NCBI GenBank assembly: GCA_052246995.1
Contig: JBQPWD010000002.1
Span: forward strand, 196,323 to 260,322
Direction: 5' to 3'
Length of the DNA stretch: 64,000 nucleotides
From: Candidatus Bathyarchaeota archaeon
Lineage (GTDB): Archaea > Thermoproteota > Bathyarchaeia > Hecatellales > Hecatellaceae
Position numbers and translations under genes: made by a program. How positions within the stretch are numbered: position 1 is the first letter of the stretch; each line of letters opens with the position of its first letter. Of this stretch, positions 53,027 through 62,604 are shown piece after piece. Below the pieces are notes generated by a model. It did no database searches. It saw nothing but the letters and a program-made list of their open reading frames with translations, and was not told the origin of the DNA.

Positions 53027-53194
53027 ATGCCGATAACAGATTTTGTTAAGAAAAGTATAGCTCAAAAACATCGTCTATACTATAAGGTATGTAGAAATTG
53101 TGGAGTAAGAAACGCCCCGACAGCAGAAAAATGTAGAAAATGTAAAAGCACAAATTTAAGGTGGAAAAAAAGAGAGCTTGGAGCTAAAAAGTAG
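53027..53194 (+). CDS. rpl40e: 50S ribosomal protein L40e (not in ORF track)
   Basis: Manual translation MPITDFVKKSIAQKHRLYYKVCRNCGVRNAPTAEKCRKCKSTNLRWKKRELGAKK. Confidence 0.93.
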   Translation: MPITDFVKKSIAQKHRLYYKVCRNCGVRNAPTAEKCRKCKSTNLRWKKRELGAKK

Positions 53195-53251
53195 TTTATC
53201 TAAACTTTTTAATTCTTCACCAACTCCCTAATGCCACCATCTACTTAAAAC

Positions 53252-54523
53252 TTATTCGTAAACTTTTTCAGCTATTTTATGTGCCTCTACCGCATCCAGT
53301 TCTATATCCCTATCTTTAGATAACTCCTCCATTCTTCTTAAGATTCTGTAAGCTTCATGTTGAATTATCATTTTCATGATTTCATTTGAACCTGTCCATA
53401 TTGTACCTAGCCTAGTATCTCTTAATGCTCTTTCAACCGGATACACTTGAGTATATCCAATTCCACCTAAAATTTGCATTGCATTGTTTACTATTTCCCA
53501 TGCAACTTCGGTAGCAAATAATTTTGCCTCTGAAACAAGTCTTCTAGCTTCATAATAATACTCCTCAGGATTTTTATCCGCTAAATCCGCGGCTTTTGCA
53601 GCATTGTATACTAATGCTCGGGCAGCATCAAGTTTTGTAATACTTTCAGCAATCTTAAAATTAACTCCCTGAAAATTTCTTATTTTTGTTCCAAAAGCTT
53701 TTCTTTTATCAGCATATTTCATAGCTAATTCAAGGCAAGCTCTTATCCCTAAAGAACCTGCTGCACTTGTTAACCTTTCAGGAATCATCATCTGGTTAAA
53801 GACTTTTCTACCACCGTTTTCTTCGCCTATCAAATTTTCCTCCGGAACCTCAACATCCCTAAAAACTATTCTAGCAGTACCCATTCCTCTAAATCCAAGC
53901 AACCCGTATACTTCGTCCACTTTAACACCCATGCCTTTTTCAACTATAAAACAGCTTAATGCTTGGTGTCCCGGGGTGCTTGGGTCTAAATTTGTTCTTG
54001 CATATACAAGAAAGATGTCTGCACATGCTCCTCCGGCAATAAACCTTTTTTCACCATTTAAAATATACTTATTTCCTCTTTTTACTGCGGTGGTTGTTGT
54101 GCCGAAAAAGTCGCTACCACCACGTGGCTCTGTAAGGCATTCGGCGCTTAAAATTTCGCCTTTAAGTATGGGTTTTAAGTATTTTTCTTTTTGTTCTCTT
54201 GTTCCAAATTTGTTTAAAGCTTCACCTACAATGCTTGGCATAGCATAACAGCATCCTATACCTGCACCTAAAACACTAATTTCCTCTAGGGCAATTACCT
54301 CGTGAGTCCATTTTAAACCTCTACCACCGTATTCTCTTGAAAACCTTAAACCAAGCAAGTTTCTTCTAGCAGCTTCTCTTAAAAAGGGGAATGGGTAGTC
54401 AACTTCACCTGTATCCATTTTTCTTATAAGATCTGGGTTAATGCTTTTTACAAGCTCTTTGGCCTCCTCCCTAATTTTTAACTCATCATCAGAAAGAAGA
54501 AAATTGTTTTCAAGCATTATCAA
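53252..54523 (-). CDS. Acyl-CoA dehydrogenase
   Basis: LTEPRGGSD, LNGEKRFI, R.AFG, QILGGIGY, IWTGSNEI. Confidence 0.93.
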   Translation of the reverse strand: MIMLENNFLLSDDELKIREEAKELVKSINPDLIRKMDTGEVDYPFPFLREAARRNLLGLRFSREYGGRGLKWTHEVIALEEISVLGAGIGCCYAMPSIVGEALNKFGTREQKEKYLKPILKGEILSAECLTEPRGGSDFFGTTTTAVKRGNKYILNGEKRFIAGGACADIFLVYARTNLDPSTPGHQALSCFIVEKGMGVKVDEVYGLLGFRGMGTARIVFRDVEVPEENLIGEENGGRKVFNQMMIPERLTSAAGSLGIRACLELAMKYADKRKAFGTKIRNFQGVNFKIAESITKLDAARALVYNAAKAADLADKNPEEYYYEARRLVSEAKLFATEVAWEIVNNAMQILGGIGYTQVYPVERALRDTRLGTIWTGSNEIMKMIIQHEAYRILRRMEELSKDRDIELDAVEAHKIAEKVYE

Positions 54524-54760
54524 ATTCCCCCTAATATGACTAGATTAAAACTACTTGCTTATTTGACTTCCTCTAAACTTCCTAGAAGAGGGGAAAAGAA
54601 GTTGGGATGAATTGGTAGTAAAACCTGAGAAAAGTAATTGTTTAGGTGTATAGTTATTGTTTGAATGTTGAATGTGAGAAAACAGCCTAGTTTTGGTAAA
54701 GTTGTTAAGGGATAACTTTTATTTTTATATCTTAATGTTGGTGGCATATTTTTTTGTTTA

Positions 54761-56506
54761 CTAATAGACGTTTAGCGTGATACATCTAAAAGCGTAGGTG
54801 AAGTTTGCCAAGATTATAAGTGTAAGAAGTAGAATTGTTATTAGATGGTTTTTTGATGATGTTCTTTCCTCGAGCTTGTTTGTTGTGGTTAATAATGTTG
54901 TTAACCCTATTGCTGCTAATATTGATACTGGTAAGTTAAAGATTATTCTTGGTTGTGCAACATAGTCGGCAAACGGTAGAAGAATGGATATTAAAAACAG
55001 CCAAGATAGAAGTATACAGGAAAAATCACTTTTATTCCTCCTTAAAATTAGGAATAATGTACCAATAAAGGCTAAACCTATTAAAAGCATGTTCGTATAA
55101 AACCCGCTGGAAAAACTTCTAAACGTTATCATAAAATGTAACCAAAATTTTGAGAAGTTTTCTAGGCTTAGGAAAGCTTTTGAAACTTGGTATATTGCTT
55201 CAACTCCGCTTAACGAATGTAAAATAAAACGTTTAAAAGCATCAACTGAAAAGTTTACAAGTAGTAAAAATCCAAGTGGGAAAATTCTTCTTTTAAGCTC
55301 TTCCTTTGGAATGCCCATGATAAACATAAAGATGGGGTAAACTATTATTACCGCTATAAAAAACCCCCATGCCCAAGGGTGAATAAAAATAACTGTGGAA
55401 AGTAGAAGGCTTGATGTCAAGAGAGTTTTTATTGATGATTTTTTGTTGTGAGGTTGTAAGTATCTTATAAGTAATGTTAATGAAAGAAAACCGAAAAATA
55501 AAGCAAATAAGTTTGCATAGAATGCTGCAAACATTCCAACGGTAACGTAAAACGAAGTTGATGTAAGAAGAGCTGCTAGTGTAGATTGTTCACTATTATG
55601 TAAACCTTCGTAAGCAAAAAGGTAAACTGATAATAGAGTTAATGGAAGGAGGATAAGTGGTTGAAACATCACCACCTCCTCAACATCAAATCCTAGGAGA
55701 CATATGAAGTAGTTTGGTAGGAGGTAGAGTGGTCGTGAGCCGCCCATAGCCTTCCACAGAAAATATGCTAAAGCTTCTACTGGGGAGCCCTTTAAAGCAT
55801 CTTTTAACTCATTAAGATAGTATTTTGTGTCAACACCTACAAGTCTACCTGAGGGGTTTAGGCTTGGAAGATAGGGGTAAAATGCCAATGTTGCTGTGGT
55901 AAGGAATGATGTTGAGATGATTATAAGTAAGTGTAACCTGTTTTTAAAAAGAGTTTTTGCATAGCTTTCTACAGCTAGTTCTCCTAACTTTTTATAAGCT
56001 TTTAAGCTGAAATTTTTGGGAAGTTTTAAGATAAGTATTAAGATCCATGAAAAACTCGTTAAAAGAAACATTTCTGCTGAGTAATATGAAAAAACGTAGA
56101 AAAGCTGTGTTTCTATGTTGATGAAGTGCCAAGCTAAACTATTCTTCTTATATGTTGAGTAGAGAAGCCATCCGGTTAAAGATACAAGTTCTACGAAAAT
56201 TAGAATAATCAGTAACGCTAAAATTGTTCTTTTTAGTAGGCTACCTACAATTTTTGGGTTTTTGACTATAGCCAAGATTGTTAAAGGAATGGTTAAAAAC
56301 GTTATTGCTACAAAAAGAAGTAAGTCTACTTCTGGTGTTGTTAGCGATATATGTATAATACCGCCTGAAGGCATGGGAGAAACTGGTAAGTACCATGAAA
56401 GTTTTAAAAAATTGATAAGTTGAATTAAACCTAGAAAAATGATTAAAGCGTTAAAAAAGGCTAAAACATTAAAACCTAAAAATTTTTTATGAAGCATACC
56501 AAACAT
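54761..56506 (-). CDS. Multi-pass membrane protein, possibly GT-C glycosyltransferase-like
   Basis: More than 12 hydrophobic segments, loop motif GVDTKYY...SRP, HPW; start overlaps the leuD stop (TGATG). Confidence 0.65.
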   Translation of the reverse strand: MFGMLHKKFLGFNVLAFFNALIIFLGLIQLINFLKLSWYLPVSPMPSGGIIHISLTTPEVDLLLFVAITFLTIPLTILAIVKNPKIVGSLLKRTILALLIILIFVELVSLTGWLLYSTYKKNSLAWHFINIETQLFYVFSYYSAEMFLLTSFSWILILILKLPKNFSLKAYKKLGELAVESYAKTLFKNRLHLLIIISTSFLTTATLAFYPYLPSLNPSGRLVGVDTKYYLNELKDALKGSPVEALAYFLWKAMGGSRPLYLLPNYFICLLGFDVEEVVMFQPLILLPLTLLSVYLFAYEGLHNSEQSTLAALLTSTSFYVTVGMFAAFYANLFALFFGFLSLTLLIRYLQPHNKKSSIKTLLTSSLLLSTVIFIHPWAWGFFIAVIIVYPIFMFIMGIPKEELKRRIFPLGFLLLVNFSVDAFKRFILHSLSGVEAIYQVSKAFLSLENFSKFWLHFMITFRSFSSGFYTNMLLIGLAFIGTLFLILRRNKSDFSCILLSWLFLISILLPFADYVAQPRIIFNLPVSILAAIGLTTLLTTTNKLEERTSSKNHLITILLLTLIILANFTYAFRCITLNVY

Positions 56507-57021
56507 CAGCCGTAATAGGCATTTAAGTACTCAATTAAACCTCCTTTTTCAAGTATTTTTAGCAGGAAACTTGGGAAGGGTTTAAAGTTTAAAGTTACGT
56601 TTTTTGTTAAATTTTTGATTAATCCTCTTTCCATGTCTATTTGAAGCATGTCATTTTCATCAATTTGCAGGTAAACGTTTTTATGTTCAATGATTGGTAA
56701 CCCCACGTTTATGGCGTTTCTGAAGAATATTCTTGCAAAAGATTCTGCTACAACACATTTTACACCAGCGTATTTTAGGGATAAGGGTGCATGTTCACGG
56801 CTTGAACCGCAACCAAAATTTTTACCTGCAACAATTAAACCATACTCCTTGATTTTTGATGGAAAATTAGGGTCTAAACCGGCCATTGCGTATTTAGCCA
56901 TATCTTCTGGTTTTGTGTAAACCATGTATCTGCTTGGGTAAATAGCATCGGTATTTACATTATCCCCATATTTTAATACTTTGCCTTCAATAGTTGTAGG
57001 CAAATTTTCACCAACCAACAA
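56506..57021 (-). CDS. leuD: 3-isopropylmalate dehydratase small subunit
   Basis: GDNVNTD, NFGCGSSREHA, SFARIFFRN; YMVY loop resembles the IPMI-type YLVY. Confidence 0.9.
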   Translation of the reverse strand: MLVGENLPTTIEGKVLKYGDNVNTDAIYPSRYMVYTKPEDMAKYAMAGLDPNFPSKIKEYGLIVAGKNFGCGSSREHAPLSLKYAGVKCVVAESFARIFFRNAINVGLPIIEHKNVYLQIDENDMLQIDMERGLIKNLTKNVTLNFKPFPSFLLKILEKGGLIEYLNAYYG

Positions 57022-57114
57022 CCTTTATACATAAGCTATATGCAATGTAATTAATCTATCTTCTCCTTTTCAATGGTAAAACTTACATACTTTAACTTAA
57101 CAATTAAATTGATT

Positions 57115-58290
57115 ATGCAACCTCTTGAGGGAGTAAGGATAATAGACTTAACCCATGCACTTGCAGGACCATATGGAGTGGTCTTACTAGCGGATTTAGG
57201 TGCAGATGTTATCAAGGTAGAGCCTGTTGAGGGTGACCCGTTTAGAGAAGCCTATGAAGGTGGAATCTTTATTGCGGCTAACAGAAATAAAAGGTCTCTT
57301 GCATTAAACCTAAAAACTGATGAAGGAAAAGAAGTATTAAGAAAGCTTGTAAAAAGTTCGGATGTGATTGTAGAAAACTTTACTCCTGGAAAACTTGAGG
57401 AAATGGGTTGTGGATATGAGGATGTTTCAAAAATTAACCCGAAAATTATTTACTGTTCTCTGTCAGGTTTTGGCCAGTCAGGACCATATTCAAGGTGGAG
57501 GGCTTTTGACCCTGTTATTCAAGCTATGTGTGGTTCTATGATTGCAACAGGTGAACAGGATGGTAAACCTGTAAGAAATGCAGGGTCTTTTATAGATACT
57601 GGTACGGGGGTAATGTTGGCTTACTCTGTCCTAGCGGCTTTAATTGCACGTGAAAAAACTGGTAAGGGTCAAAGGATAGATGTTTCTCTTTTTGAAGCTG
57701 CTGTTTCTTGGATGGACTATTATACGATTCACTATCTACTTACTGGAGAGCTTCCTGAAAGGATGGGTACAGGGTATAAAGCCTTTTTTCCTTACGGGCT
57801 TTTTGAAACTAAGGATAAGCCAATATATATTGCTGTTCACAACGAGAAGGCGTGGAAGGCTTTGTGTGAAGTTTTAAATGTAAAGTATCTTTTAGAGGAT
57901 GAAAGGTTTAAGACAAACAATGATAGATGCAAACATAGAAAAGAGCTTGAAGAAGAGTTAAACAATGTTCTAAGAAAAATGAGCTGTAACGAGGTTTTAG
58001 AAAGGTTAACTAAGGCTGAAATAGCCTGTGGACCTCTGTTAACAGTTGCAGACCTTGTTGACGACCCTCATCTTAAAGAAAGGAATACTTTTATAAGTGT
58101 TAAACATCCAACAAAAGGTTTAGAGGTTAAATCTGCAGGTATGCCTGTAAAGTTTTCAGAGGTTAAGTTTAAGCTTAGATATCATCCGCCAAAGCTTGGT
58201 GAGCATAGTTTTGAAATATTAAAAGGCTTGGGATATGGTGAAGATGAAATTTACAGGTTAAGGGAGAGGAAAGTTGTATACTTTCCTTAG
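57115..58290 (+). CDS. Family III CoA-transferase (CaiB/BaiF)
   Basis: PLEGVRIIDL, AGP, LADLGADVIKVE, NRNKRS, ENF.PG, SGFGQ.GP, PPKLGEH. Confidence 0.93.
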   Translation: MQPLEGVRIIDLTHALAGPYGVVLLADLGADVIKVEPVEGDPFREAYEGGIFIAANRNKRSLALNLKTDEGKEVLRKLVKSSDVIVENFTPGKLEEMGCGYEDVSKINPKIIYCSLSGFGQSGPYSRWRAFDPVIQAMCGSMIATGEQDGKPVRNAGSFIDTGTGVMLAYSVLAALIAREKTGKGQRIDVSLFEAAVSWMDYYTIHYLLTGELPERMGTGYKAFFPYGLFETKDKPIYIAVHNEKAWKALCEVLNVKYLLEDERFKTNNDRCKHRKELEEELNNVLRKMSCNEVLERLTKAEIACGPLLTVADLVDDPHLKERNTFISVKHPTKGLEVKSAGMPVKFSEVKFKLRYHPPKLGEHSFEILKGLGYGEDEIYRLRERKVVYFP

Positions 58291-58299
58291 AAAAGAGGA

Positions 58300-59571
58300 T
58301 TAGTATTTAAGAAAGTTTTTAGGGTTGGTTATCCTTCCAGTTACTGCTGAGGCGGCAACAGTTGCTGGAGATGCTAAATATATTTTAGCTTTACTGCTAC
58401 CCATTCTTCCAGTAAAATTTCTGTTAGAGGAGCTTATACATACTTCGTCATCGCAAAGTAAACCAAAATGTCCACCTAAACATGGACCGCAGGTTGGAGG
58501 ACCTACAAAAGCTCCAGCTTCAACAAAAATCTCCAGTAAACCTTTTTTTAAAGCTTTAATGTAAACTTCTTGTGATGCTGGGATAACTATCATTCTAGTG
58601 TTTTTGTTTATTTTTCTGTTTTTTAGGATTTTTGCCGCAATTTCTAAATCTTCAAGTCTACCGTTGGTGCAGGATCCAAGAAAGGCTTGATCCACGTTAA
58701 CACCTTCAACTTCATCAACAACCTTAACATTGCTAACATTAGGTGGACATGAAATTTGAGGTTCAAGGTTTTTAACGTTAAAGTTTAACACTTCCTCGTA
58801 TTCAGCGTTTAAATCTCCATGAATGGGAGTTATGCTGTTTTTAACCCGATCAGTTAAATATTCTATAGTTTTAGCGTCGGGTTCAACTATACCTGTTTTT
58901 GCACCACATTCCACAACCATGTTGCAAACAGTCATCCTTCCTTCAATGCTCATATTTTGTATTGTTTCACCTGTAAACTCTAAAGCCTTGTAGTTTGCAC
59001 CGTCGTCACCAAGAAAGCCTATAATATGTAAGATTAAGTCTTTGGGAAAGACGTAGCTTTTAAATCTGCCTGAGACTTTAACGTTTACAACTTCTGGAAC
59101 TTTAAACCATAACTTTCCAGTTGCAAAAACAGCTGCAGCGTCAGTTGAACCTACTCCTGTTGCAAAAGCACCTAATGCGCCAAGCATACATGTATGTGAA
59201 TCTGCGCCAACAACAAGGTTTCCAGGTTTTACATGGCCACCTTCAGCTAAAACTTGGTGGCATATTCCGCCTCTACCAACATCATAAAAGTTTGTTATTC
59301 CATGTTCAAGCACAAATTTTCTAAGCTTTTTATGAAGCTCTGCTGATTGAACTCTATCAGCTGGGACTTGGTGGTCTAAAATTACAATAATTTTGTTTTT
59401 ATCCCAAACTTTCTTAACCTTAAGCTTTTCAAAAGAGTCAACTGCAAGAGAGCCTGTTAAGTCGTTAACCATTACAACGTCAACATTAGCCTCAACAAGT
59501 TCTCCAGATTCAACCTTGCTTTTTCCGCATGCTTTAGCCAGAATTTTTTTTGTAAGTGGAAGATTATTCAT
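58300..59571 (-). CDS. leuC: 3-isopropylmalate dehydratase large subunit
   Basis: LDH, GICH, GADSHT, GSCTNGR, CGPCLG, SSNRNF.GRMG, LASP. Confidence 0.92.
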   Translation of the reverse strand: MNNLPLTKKILAKACGKSKVESGELVEANVDVVMVNDLTGSLAVDSFEKLKVKKVWDKNKIIVILDHQVPADRVQSAELHKKLRKFVLEHGITNFYDVGRGGICHQVLAEGGHVKPGNLVVGADSHTCMLGALGAFATGVGSTDAAAVFATGKLWFKVPEVVNVKVSGRFKSYVFPKDLILHIIGFLGDDGANYKALEFTGETIQNMSIEGRMTVCNMVVECGAKTGIVEPDAKTIEYLTDRVKNSITPIHGDLNAEYEEVLNFNVKNLEPQISCPPNVSNVKVVDEVEGVNVDQAFLGSCTNGRLEDLEIAAKILKNRKINKNTRMIVIPASQEVYIKALKKGLLEIFVEAGAFVGPPTCGPCLGGHFGLLCDDEVCISSSNRNFTGRMGSSKAKIYLASPATVAASAVTGRITNPKNFLKY

Positions 59572-59613
59572 GGGGGTAGGCCTGTACCGGAAAAAAATTG
59601 GTTAAATTTTAGA

Positions 59614-60600
59614 TTATTTTTCAAGACCGGACATTTTTCTAATAGTTTTACCAGTTTTTTCAAGTAGGTGGTTTTTAACGTCATCCAACATTTTATTAAG
59701 GTTTGGACAGCCTTGTTTATACTCTTTAATCCATGTTTGTGTAAATTCCCCGTTTTTTACTTTTTTAGCAACATTTTTCATGTTTTCTTTTACATGTTCG
59801 TCTATAACTTTTGAACCCATAAGAAGTCCTCCGTATCTGGCTGTTTCGGAAACGTTAAGAAGCATGTTTATTAATCCTCCATGGTAGATTAAATCTACTA
59901 TGAGTTTAAGCTCGTTGCAGGCTTCAAAGTATGCAAGTTCAGGTGGATAACCTTCTTCAACTAAAACTTCAAAACCCTTTTTGATAAGCTCCATAATACC
60001 CCCAACAAGGACACATTGTTCTCCTATTATGTCGCTTTCGGTTTCATCTTTAAATGTGGTTTTAATTACACCTGCCTTTGTACAACCTAAAGCTTTGGCA
60101 ATTTCAAGTGTTAATGCTTCACATTTTCCAGTGTAGTCTTGGTAAACAGCAACCAATGCTGGGGTTCCAAAGCCTTCAAGGTATGTTTCTCTAAGCTTAA
60201 TACCTGGAGCTTTAGGTGCAACCATAAATACGTCAACATTTTTTGGAGGTTTAATAAGTCCAAAATGAACGTTGAATCCGTGAGCAAAACCTAAGGCTTT
60301 ACCTTCGGAAAGACCTTGTTTAACCTCTTTTTCGTAAACGTTTTGTTGAGCCATGTCTGGTATAAGCATAAGAATTATGTCAGCCATTTTTGAGGCTTCA
60401 GCTACGTTATAAACTTTAAAATTATCTTTTTCAGCCATTGTCCAGGATTTTCCATCTTTTCTAAGACCTAAGATGACATTTAAGCCTGAATCTCTAAGAT
60501 TTAATGCTTGAGCTTTACCTTGACTGCCGTAGCCTATAACAGCTATGGTTTTATTTTTAAGGTAGTTTGTTTTAACATCAGAATCATAATAAACTTTCAT
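59614..60600 (-). CDS. ilvC: Ketol-acid reductoisomerase
   Basis: [36 protein letters not shown]. Confidence 0.96.
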   Translation of the reverse strand: MKVYYDSDVKTNYLKNKTIAVIGYGSQGKAQALNLRDSGLNVILGLRKDGKSWTMAEKDNFKVYNVAEASKMADIILMLIPDMAQQNVYEKEVKQGLSEGKALGFAHGFNVHFGLIKPPKNVDVFMVAPKAPGIKLRETYLEGFGTPALVAVYQDYTGKCEALTLEIAKALGCTKAGVIKTTFKDETESDIIGEQCVLVGGIMELIKKGFEVLVEEGYPPELAYFEACNELKLIVDLIYHGGLINMLLNVSETARYGGLLMGSKVIDEHVKENMKNVAKKVKNGEFTQTWIKEYKQGCPNLNKMLDDVKNHLLEKTGKTIRKMSGLEK

Positions 60601-60613
60601 AAAAGGTCCCTCT

Positions 60614-61111
60614 TTAAATAGCTTCTCCACCTCTTTGAAGGGCTACAAGCCCGGTTCTGGCAACCTCCTTTATACCATGATTTTTAACTAAATCTATAAA
60701 TGCATTTATCTTTTCTGGTGATCCTGTAATTTCGATTACCATTGAATTGTGGGAAACGTCGACAATTCTTCCCCGGAAAATTCTTGAAAAATGTACTACA
60801 TCAGACCTTGTCCTTGAATCTTCAGCACATACTTTTATTAAAGCCATTTCTCTTAGAACACTCTTATCTGGGTCTAAACGTTTAACTTTAAAAACTTCAA
60901 CAAGCCTATGAAGATTTCTAGCAATAAATTCAGCATCATTCTCCTCTGCGTAGATTACTATTGTCATACGGGCAAGTTTACCGTCATCAATTGGTCCGAC
61001 GGTTAAGCTTTCAATGTTAAAACCTCTTCTACGAATAGTGTTTGTAATGCGGAAAAGAACACCAGGTTTATTTTCCACTATGGTCGAAAGTATATGTCTT
61101 TGTTGTGGCAA
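60614..61111 (-). CDS. ilvH: Acetolactate synthase regulatory subunit
   Basis: [37 protein letters not shown]. Confidence 0.95.
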   Translation of the reverse strand: MPQQRHILSTIVENKPGVLFRITNTIRRRGFNIESLTVGPIDDGKLARMTIVIYAEENDAEFIARNLHRLVEVFKVKRLDPDKSVLREMALIKVCAEDSRTRSDVVHFSRIFRGRIVDVSHNSMVIEITGSPEKINAFIDLVKNHGIKEVARTGLVALQRGGEAI

Positions 61112-61249
61112 ATATTCTAAATCCCCTTTTTTTATTTTAGCTATATATATTGAAAGTTGACATCTTAAAACAGTATTTAAGCTTTTACCATTACAGAATT
61201 GGCATCGCCTAAAACGTTTGAATAGTGTTTTCTTTTTCTTTGCTAATCA

Positions 61250-62443
61250 TTATGATGTTGTAATTTTGTAGACAGCGTCCGCATCTGGGTTTTCTGCCCA
61301 TGTGTTTCCGCCGTTGTGGGATGATGTGATTTGATGTTGAAGTCCGCCGTAGCCTATCCTGTGGTTGTAGCTAAATTCGTGACCGTAAAGGTAGTATGCG
61401 TTTTCAAGGTTTGATTGTGGGGAAAGGAGGATGATTCTGTAAAGTTGTCCTGCTTTTAATGTTACGGGGGTTGGCAATGTTACTTCAACCCATTGTTGTT
61501 TTGATGTTAGCTGGTTTTTTTCGATGAAAACTCCTTCAACAAGAATATGGTTTGTTGAGTTTCTTATTTGATAGTAAAGGTTGTCTTGAGAAAGTCCGGA
61601 TTTTAAGCTTACAACAAAAGCTATTTTTCCTACTGTGTAGTTTGAGGCAGGTGTAATCATCTGGCCAACATAGGTTGAACCCCAAACAACCCATGGTGCA
61701 ATAAGAGAATAGGGTTGACCTTCTATTTTTCCGTCAGTGTATTCAATGGCGAAAATGGGCCATTTGTTTTGTTCACGCCAGTTTTGCCCATCGTAGAAGA
61801 GAATGTTCATTTTTGAATCGCTCCAAAGAATATCCGGGTCTTCTGGGTTGTAGGGTTGTGCAAACCCGTTTGTTCTGTATGTTCTCATGGCAAGTGTGCC
61901 GTTTAACTGGTTTTCAGCTGCTTCAATATAGATGTGGTAAACTTGGCCTTTTTTAATTTCAATGTTTGATTTAAGTTGAACTGTTATGAAGCCTTGTTTG
62001 CTTGGTGGGGTGATGGTGTTGTAGGCGTTCATGTTTATCCACTGGTTTTTTGGTTGGCCTTTGTTGTCTTCTCTAAGTCCTACATTGATTGTTGGTTCTC
62101 CTTGGTAGGCAAAGGTGTAGATAACCAGTTTTGTGGCTATTCCTGATGTTTTAGCTGTAAATCTTATGGAGATTTTTTGGTTAGGGTTTTGAAGGAAAAC
62201 CACGTCCATGCCGCTTACAAGTCCACCGTCAAAGGGTAAGCCGAATGTGTAGTTGGGTGGAATTATCTTGTTCAGTATTTTGATTGGGGGGGTTGTGTTT
62301 GTGGTTTGTGGTTGGGTTTTATTTTCAACTGGTTTATTTAAGAGGGGAATTATGGCTAATACGGATAATGTTAAAACAGTTATAATTATAAGTGTAAATG
62401 TAGTTTTAGTTTTTGTTTTTGAATGTTTTACCCGTTTTTTCAA
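61250..62443 (-). CDS. Membrane-anchored extracellular protein with two tandem beta-sandwich-like domains
   Basis: Basic N-terminus, one TM, Thr/Pro linker, internal repeat FITVQL...IKKGQVYHI / WVEVTL...LKAGQLYRI; many N-x-S/T sequons. Confidence 0.7.
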   Translation of the reverse strand: MKKRVKHSKTKTKTTFTLIIITVLTLSVLAIIPLLNKPVENKTQPQTTNTTPPIKILNKIIPPNYTFGLPFDGGLVSGMDVVFLQNPNQKISIRFTAKTSGIATKLVIYTFAYQGEPTINVGLREDNKGQPKNQWINMNAYNTITPPSKQGFITVQLKSNIEIKKGQVYHIYIEAAENQLNGTLAMRTYRTNGFAQPYNPEDPDILWSDSKMNILFYDGQNWREQNKWPIFAIEYTDGKIEGQPYSLIAPWVVWGSTYVGQMITPASNYTVGKIAFVVSLKSGLSQDNLYYQIRNSTNHILVEGVFIEKNQLTSKQQWVEVTLPTPVTLKAGQLYRIILLSPQSNLENAYYLYGHEFSYNHRIGYGGLQHQITSSHNGGNTWAENPDADAVYKITTS

Positions 62444-62604
62444 ATTTACTACACCAGTAAGTTGGGTTAGCCGTTTTATATGTCAAAATTTATGGTTAAG
62501 TTTACGGCTATTTAAGTTGTCAGTTTAAACATAAAAATGACCTTTAAAACAGTTTTATTTTAAACAGAAAAAAGGAGTTTAGGTTGTGTTTTTGGCTGGT
62601 TTTA

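Noticed and set aside
56506-59571. leuC/leuD as homoaconitase
   Set aside because: The small-subunit loop YMVY resembles the IPMI type rather than YLRT, and the genes lie with ilvC and ilvH
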